DNA of 63,973 nt, filler included, from a bacterium (lineage in GTDB: Bacteria > UBA9089 > CG2-30-40-21 > SBAY01), in the NCBI GenBank assembly GCA_040757115.1. It is 7 parts of 7 records of this genome, joined end to end, with 100 filler letters (N's around TTAATTAATTAA, not from the genome) between each part and the next. Parts side by side here need not be neighbours in the genome. Positions count along the whole stretch, not along the records: positions 56,174 to 63,973 come from JBFLYA010000175.1; 6 more parts are not named here. One strand, written 5' to 3'. Below the pieces are notes generated by a model. That model had not been told where the DNA came from and did no database searches. It saw only the letters and a program-made list of their open reading frames with translations. Below are positions 58,681-63,973 of the stretch, piece by piece. Position numbers and translations under genes: made by a program. Every line of letters starts with the position of its first letter. Positions within the stretch are counted from its first letter, which is position 1.

Positions 58681-59592
58681 ATGGAAGAAGGTGAAATCTA
58701 TCTTTCCATTATCAGCCCGGTATATAATGAAGAGGCACATGTAGTTGAATTGTATTTTCGGCTATCAAAGGTTTTGGCACAAATTGATAAACCTTGTGAG
58801 ATTATTTTTATCGATGATGGTAGCACAGATAAAACCTATGCCTTGATTAAAGACTTGAAAATGCGTGATGAGAAAATAAAGATTATCCGATTTATTCGCA
58901 ATTTTGGGCAATATTTAGCCATAATCGCAGGATTTAATCAAGCAAAAGGCAAGATAATGGTTACGATTGAAGGTAGTCTCAAAAGCCCACCTGAAGAGAT
59001 ACCTAATTTATTAGAAGAACTAAATAAAGGCTATGATGTTGTCATTGGCGCCATAGGATTACATCAGTTACCTTCTATTTTTCGACCCTTAATTAATTTT
59101 ATTAACTGGTTTGTTTCTAAACTTACCGGAACCACGATAAAAGACTATGAATCTCTATTTATGGCATATAAAAGAGGGGCAGTAAAAATGCTCCTCCAGT
59201 GTCGAGAAAGAACCCCATTAATAAAAGCATTACTGAGTTGGCTTGGACTTAAAGTCGGTGAAATAGAACTTGATACTACCCATAGTTCCACAAAGACAGT
59301 TTTTGATTTATTAAAAGCAGATTTTGAACTTATTACCAGTTTTTCAACATCGCCTATCTCATTCTTAAGCTCTCTTGGAGTATTTATGGGCTCCCTGGCG
59401 ATTGTGCTTGGATTATTCTGGTTAATTCAATCATTTATTTTAAACGCAGGCATTAGTATCATCATCGCCTTTTTATCCATCCTTTTTGGCATACAACTTT
59501 ATGGACTCGCCTTCCTCGGTAAGTATATTGCAAAAATATATCTCCAAATTCAAGGCAGACCTTATTATATCATTGAAGAAATAATTGAGTAA
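58681..59592 (+). CDS. GT2 glycosyltransferase (ArnC/GtrB-like)
   Basis: PVYNEE, DDGSTD, RNFGQ, two C-terminal TM helices, RPYYII. Confidence 0.88.
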   Translation: MEEGEIYLSIISPVYNEEAHVVELYFRLSKVLAQIDKPCEIIFIDDGSTDKTYALIKDLKMRDEKIKIIRFIRNFGQYLAIIAGFNQAKGKIMVTIEGSLKSPPEEIPNLLEELNKGYDVVIGAIGLHQLPSIFRPLINFINWFVSKLTGTTIKDYESLFMAYKRGAVKMLLQCRERTPLIKALLSWLGLKVGEIELDTTHSSTKTVFDLLKADFELITSFSTSPISFLSSLGVFMGSLAIVLGLFWLIQSFILNAGISIIIAFLSILFGIQLYGLAFLGKYIAKIYLQIQGRPYYIIEEIIE

Positions 59593-59626
59593 CAGTAACT
59601 ACTCCTAATCTTTACCTACATCTTTT

Positions 59627-59969
59627 GGTGGTGTCTGAAAATAACTCTAATAGTGAAATCTATGCAGATTTGGTGTCCAAAAGGGATTTCCTCCAAAGAG
59701 CAAAATGCAAAAAGCAAATATAAAAATTACATATCAAAATGTAAAATTATCTCTTTCCTTTCAGCGTTAAAATACTTGAAGCAAAGATATTACCAAATTC
59801 CTCCAACTCTTTGAGAAACCCTGTTACTTCCTCTTTGAAATTTGATTTGTAATTTTGCATTTTGATATTTAATATTTGATATTTGATATTTATTTGTTGT
59901 CTCCCTCAAATCCTATTTTGCAGAACCCTATACACTATTTTAACCTTTATGCTAGATTAAGACACCACC
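59627..59969. mobile_element. GGTGGTGTCT/AGACACCACC-bounded element with an internally deleted four-helix-bundle gene
   Basis: 10-bp TIR; segments shared with 9285-9558, 19077-19204 and 37507; no TSD found. Confidence 0.7.
59747..59860 (-). pseudogene. 37-aa mini four-helix-bundle gene (N- and C-terminus fused in frame)
   Basis: MQNYKSNFKEE-VTGFLKELEEFGNIFASSILTLKGKR*. Confidence 0.65.
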
Positions 59970-60262
59970 TATTATTTATACCGCGATGCTGTAGCACGCT
60001 AAACACATACCTTTCATTAGTGAATAGTGAACAGATATTCAGTACCTGTTTAGCGTGGTCAGAGAGCACAAATGAATGGTACTGACTTAGTGCGAAACTA
60101 CTTCAAACACAACAAGAGTATTGTTGATAGTTGATGGTTGATAGTCTATGAAACTATCAACTATAAACCATAAACTATCAACTATAAACTATCAACTATC
60201 AACCATCAACCCTGTTACTATATCTGTTCTATGAGAAGATTTCGTTAATAACTACTATATAT

Positions 60263-62167
<1,905 letters not shown>

Positions 62168-62240
62168 TTAGATTACCTCCTCGTTTTTTGGTAAATGGTA
62201 ACTGGTGACTGGTAATTAATTACCAATTACCAGTTATCTG

Positions 62241-62561
62241 TTAAGATTGAAAATATACATCCTTTATAACTTGCATTCCCACCGCAGAATTAATCTTTTT
62301 GATAATATCTTTTTTAAAGAATGAAAGTTCATTACACCAGGCGGAGCTATCAACCTTAACAAAAATTATCTTATCCTTGATTGTCAATGGTTTTGTATGG
62401 ACCGCAACATTAGTTCCAACTACCTCTTGCCATAATTGAATTGCCCGTTCTTCAGCTAATTTATGTGCTAAAGAAATTTCTCGCCCCTTATCAATTACCT
62501 TTATTCTCCGCATCATTTTATCTAACACATTGCCAAATTCTTCAATTCGACGACCTCTCAT
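62241..62561 (-). CDS. dciA: DciA / DUF721 family protein
   Basis: W.EVVG...HTKP..VDSSAW; lies between recF and gyrB. Confidence 0.85.
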   Translation of the reverse strand: MRGRRIEEFGNVLDKMMRRIKVIDKGREISLAHKLAEERAIQLWQEVVGTNVAVHTKPLTIKDKIIFVKVDSSAWCNELSFFKKDIIKKINSAVGMQVIKDVYFQS

Positions 62562-63636
62562 TTATCTCACCCTGCCTGATTTTAAATATGCAGGCATCCT
62601 TTACAAAATCTGGATTTAAGTCATGTAAATCCGTCGTGGTAATAAATACCTGTGTTAGGTCTGGTATAAAATTTAGAAGAGCCTGACGCCTATTCTTATC
62701 CAATTCAGAAGTAACATCATCTAACAAAAGGATAGGAAATTCTTGTGTTTGTTGATAAATATTTTGCACCTGGGCTAATTTTAAACAAATAGTGATAGTT
62801 CTTTGTTGTCCCTGTGAGGCAAAGTATCTTGCCTCAACATCATTTATATAAAAAGAAATATCATCTCGATGAGGTCCAACTAAAGTTACTTCCTGTCTTA
62901 TCTCATCTTCCTGCTTATTTTTCTGCGTTTTTCTAAAGTCCTCCTCAACCACACAAGGTCTATATTTTATCTTTAGTTCTTGCGGCTGTCCACTAATCTG
63001 ATGATAAACTTCATTAATTAAGGGATTTAAACTATCTATTAGTTCTTTTCTTTTCTTTATAATCTCAATACCTGTTTCTATTAGTTGTTCATTCCATACC
63101 TCTAATTCTGTTATGTCACATTTCATATTTTTCTTAAGGAAAGATAATGTTTGATTCCGCTGTCTAATGATTTTGAGGTATCTTTGCAGGTTGTATAAGT
63201 ACTTTGGGGATGTTTGTGAAAGTTCAATATCCATAAATCGTCTTCTTATTGCCGGGGCGCCTTTGATAATATTCAAATCCTGTGGTGAAAAGACAATTAC
63301 CTTCAATTCCCCAATCAAATCTATTATCCTGGTGAGCGGTTTATTATTTATTTTTACCTTCTTAAGGTTATTAGTAAATAAGATGTTAATCTCAAGTGTA
63401 GTATTATTTTTCCATATTTCCCCATTCAGATAAAAATCTGTTTGCCCAAATTTAATTAGTTGTCTATCCTCACTTGTGCGGAAGGATTTTAGAATACCAA
63501 GAAAATATATCGCCTCTAAAAGATTTGTTTTCCCTGCCCCATTTTCTCCCACAAAGATATTTATTTTCGAATCAAAACTTAACTCGTTATCGAATAAATT
63601 TCTAAAGTTTTTGGTAATTATTCTTTTTAAGAACAA
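62542..63636 (-). CDS. recF: DNA replication and repair protein RecF
   Basis: NFRN, GENGAGKTN, GPHRDD, SQGQQR, LLLDDV. Confidence 0.96.
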   Translation of the reverse strand: MFLKRIITKNFRNLFDNELSFDSKINIFVGENGAGKTNLLEAIYFLGILKSFRTSEDRQLIKFGQTDFYLNGEIWKNNTTLEINILFTNNLKKVKINNKPLTRIIDLIGELKVIVFSPQDLNIIKGAPAIRRRFMDIELSQTSPKYLYNLQRYLKIIRQRNQTLSFLKKNMKCDITELEVWNEQLIETGIEIIKKRKELIDSLNPLINEVYHQISGQPQELKIKYRPCVVEEDFRKTQKNKQEDEIRQEVTLVGPHRDDISFYINDVEARYFASQGQQRTITICLKLAQVQNIYQQTQEFPILLLDDVTSELDKNRRQALLNFIPDLTQVFITTTDLHDLNPDFVKDACIFKIRQGEINERSSN

Positions 63637-63846
63637 CTGGTCACCTTTGTATGCTTCTCCTGAAAATAGTTAATTAGAGATTAGAGAATTAGTGAATTAG
63701 AACCTGCACTCTTGCTAATCTCCAATCTCTAATCTCTATGCTCAATTTTCATCTTCCTTTGTGCCCACTCCCTGTGGGCATCGTCGTTTCTCCTATACCC
63801 TATGTCAAGGTTAAATATATCTGTGAAATCTGCGGATTAATTTCCA

Positions 63847-63973
63847 GTAAGCGTTCAGGTGGTGTAACAAAAGGAGATATGGAGATTAAGGAGATAGGGA
63901 GATATTATTAAAAAAATTGAAATTAATAGAAACTAATAGAAATTTATGGAAATTTGTTGTTTTCCACAATCAA
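63847..63973 (-). mobile_element. Partial 237-bp MITE at the window end
   Basis: Begins GTAAGCGTTCAGG; near-identical reverse complement of ~18051-18177. Confidence 0.9.

Overview
AT-rich bacterial draft or metagenome sequence. It is seven contigs joined by 100-nt N linkers containing TTAATTAATTAA, so gene adjacency across a linker is not real. The organism is probably a diderm anaerobe (inferred from LptC, a secretin, PorV-like barrels, a formate dehydrogenase and a CooS homolog). Housekeeping content includes tRNA-Glu, tRNA-Gln, accB, fdhF, fsa/tal, a GH57 enzyme, coaD, lptC, batBC-like genes, a sigma70 factor, queT and recF-dciA-gyrB. Five accessory features stand out. (1) A tandem mosaic array of LolA-fold genes paired with secreted lipase genes (19.3-28.0 kb), a candidate polymorphic effector/immunity or cassette-swapping locus. 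(2) A dense family of non-autonomous elements with GTAAC(C/T)(G/A)TTCA-type terminal inverted repeats (TIRs) and perfect 8-bp target-site duplications (TSDs). Their interiors are interchangeable 7-9-mer microrepeats, some carry GxxExxY genes or remnants, and they nest inside each other; four-helix-bundle remnants sit in related repeat elements. (3) An integron cassette array (MazEF-like, HicBA, type II R-M) with no integrase visible in the window. (4) A sigma54 activator flanked by two identical non-canonical -24/-12 motifs. (5) A CooS homolog lacking its Ni-ligand Cys and proton-relay His residues. All calls come from reading the sequence and recalled family motifs; no database searches were run.
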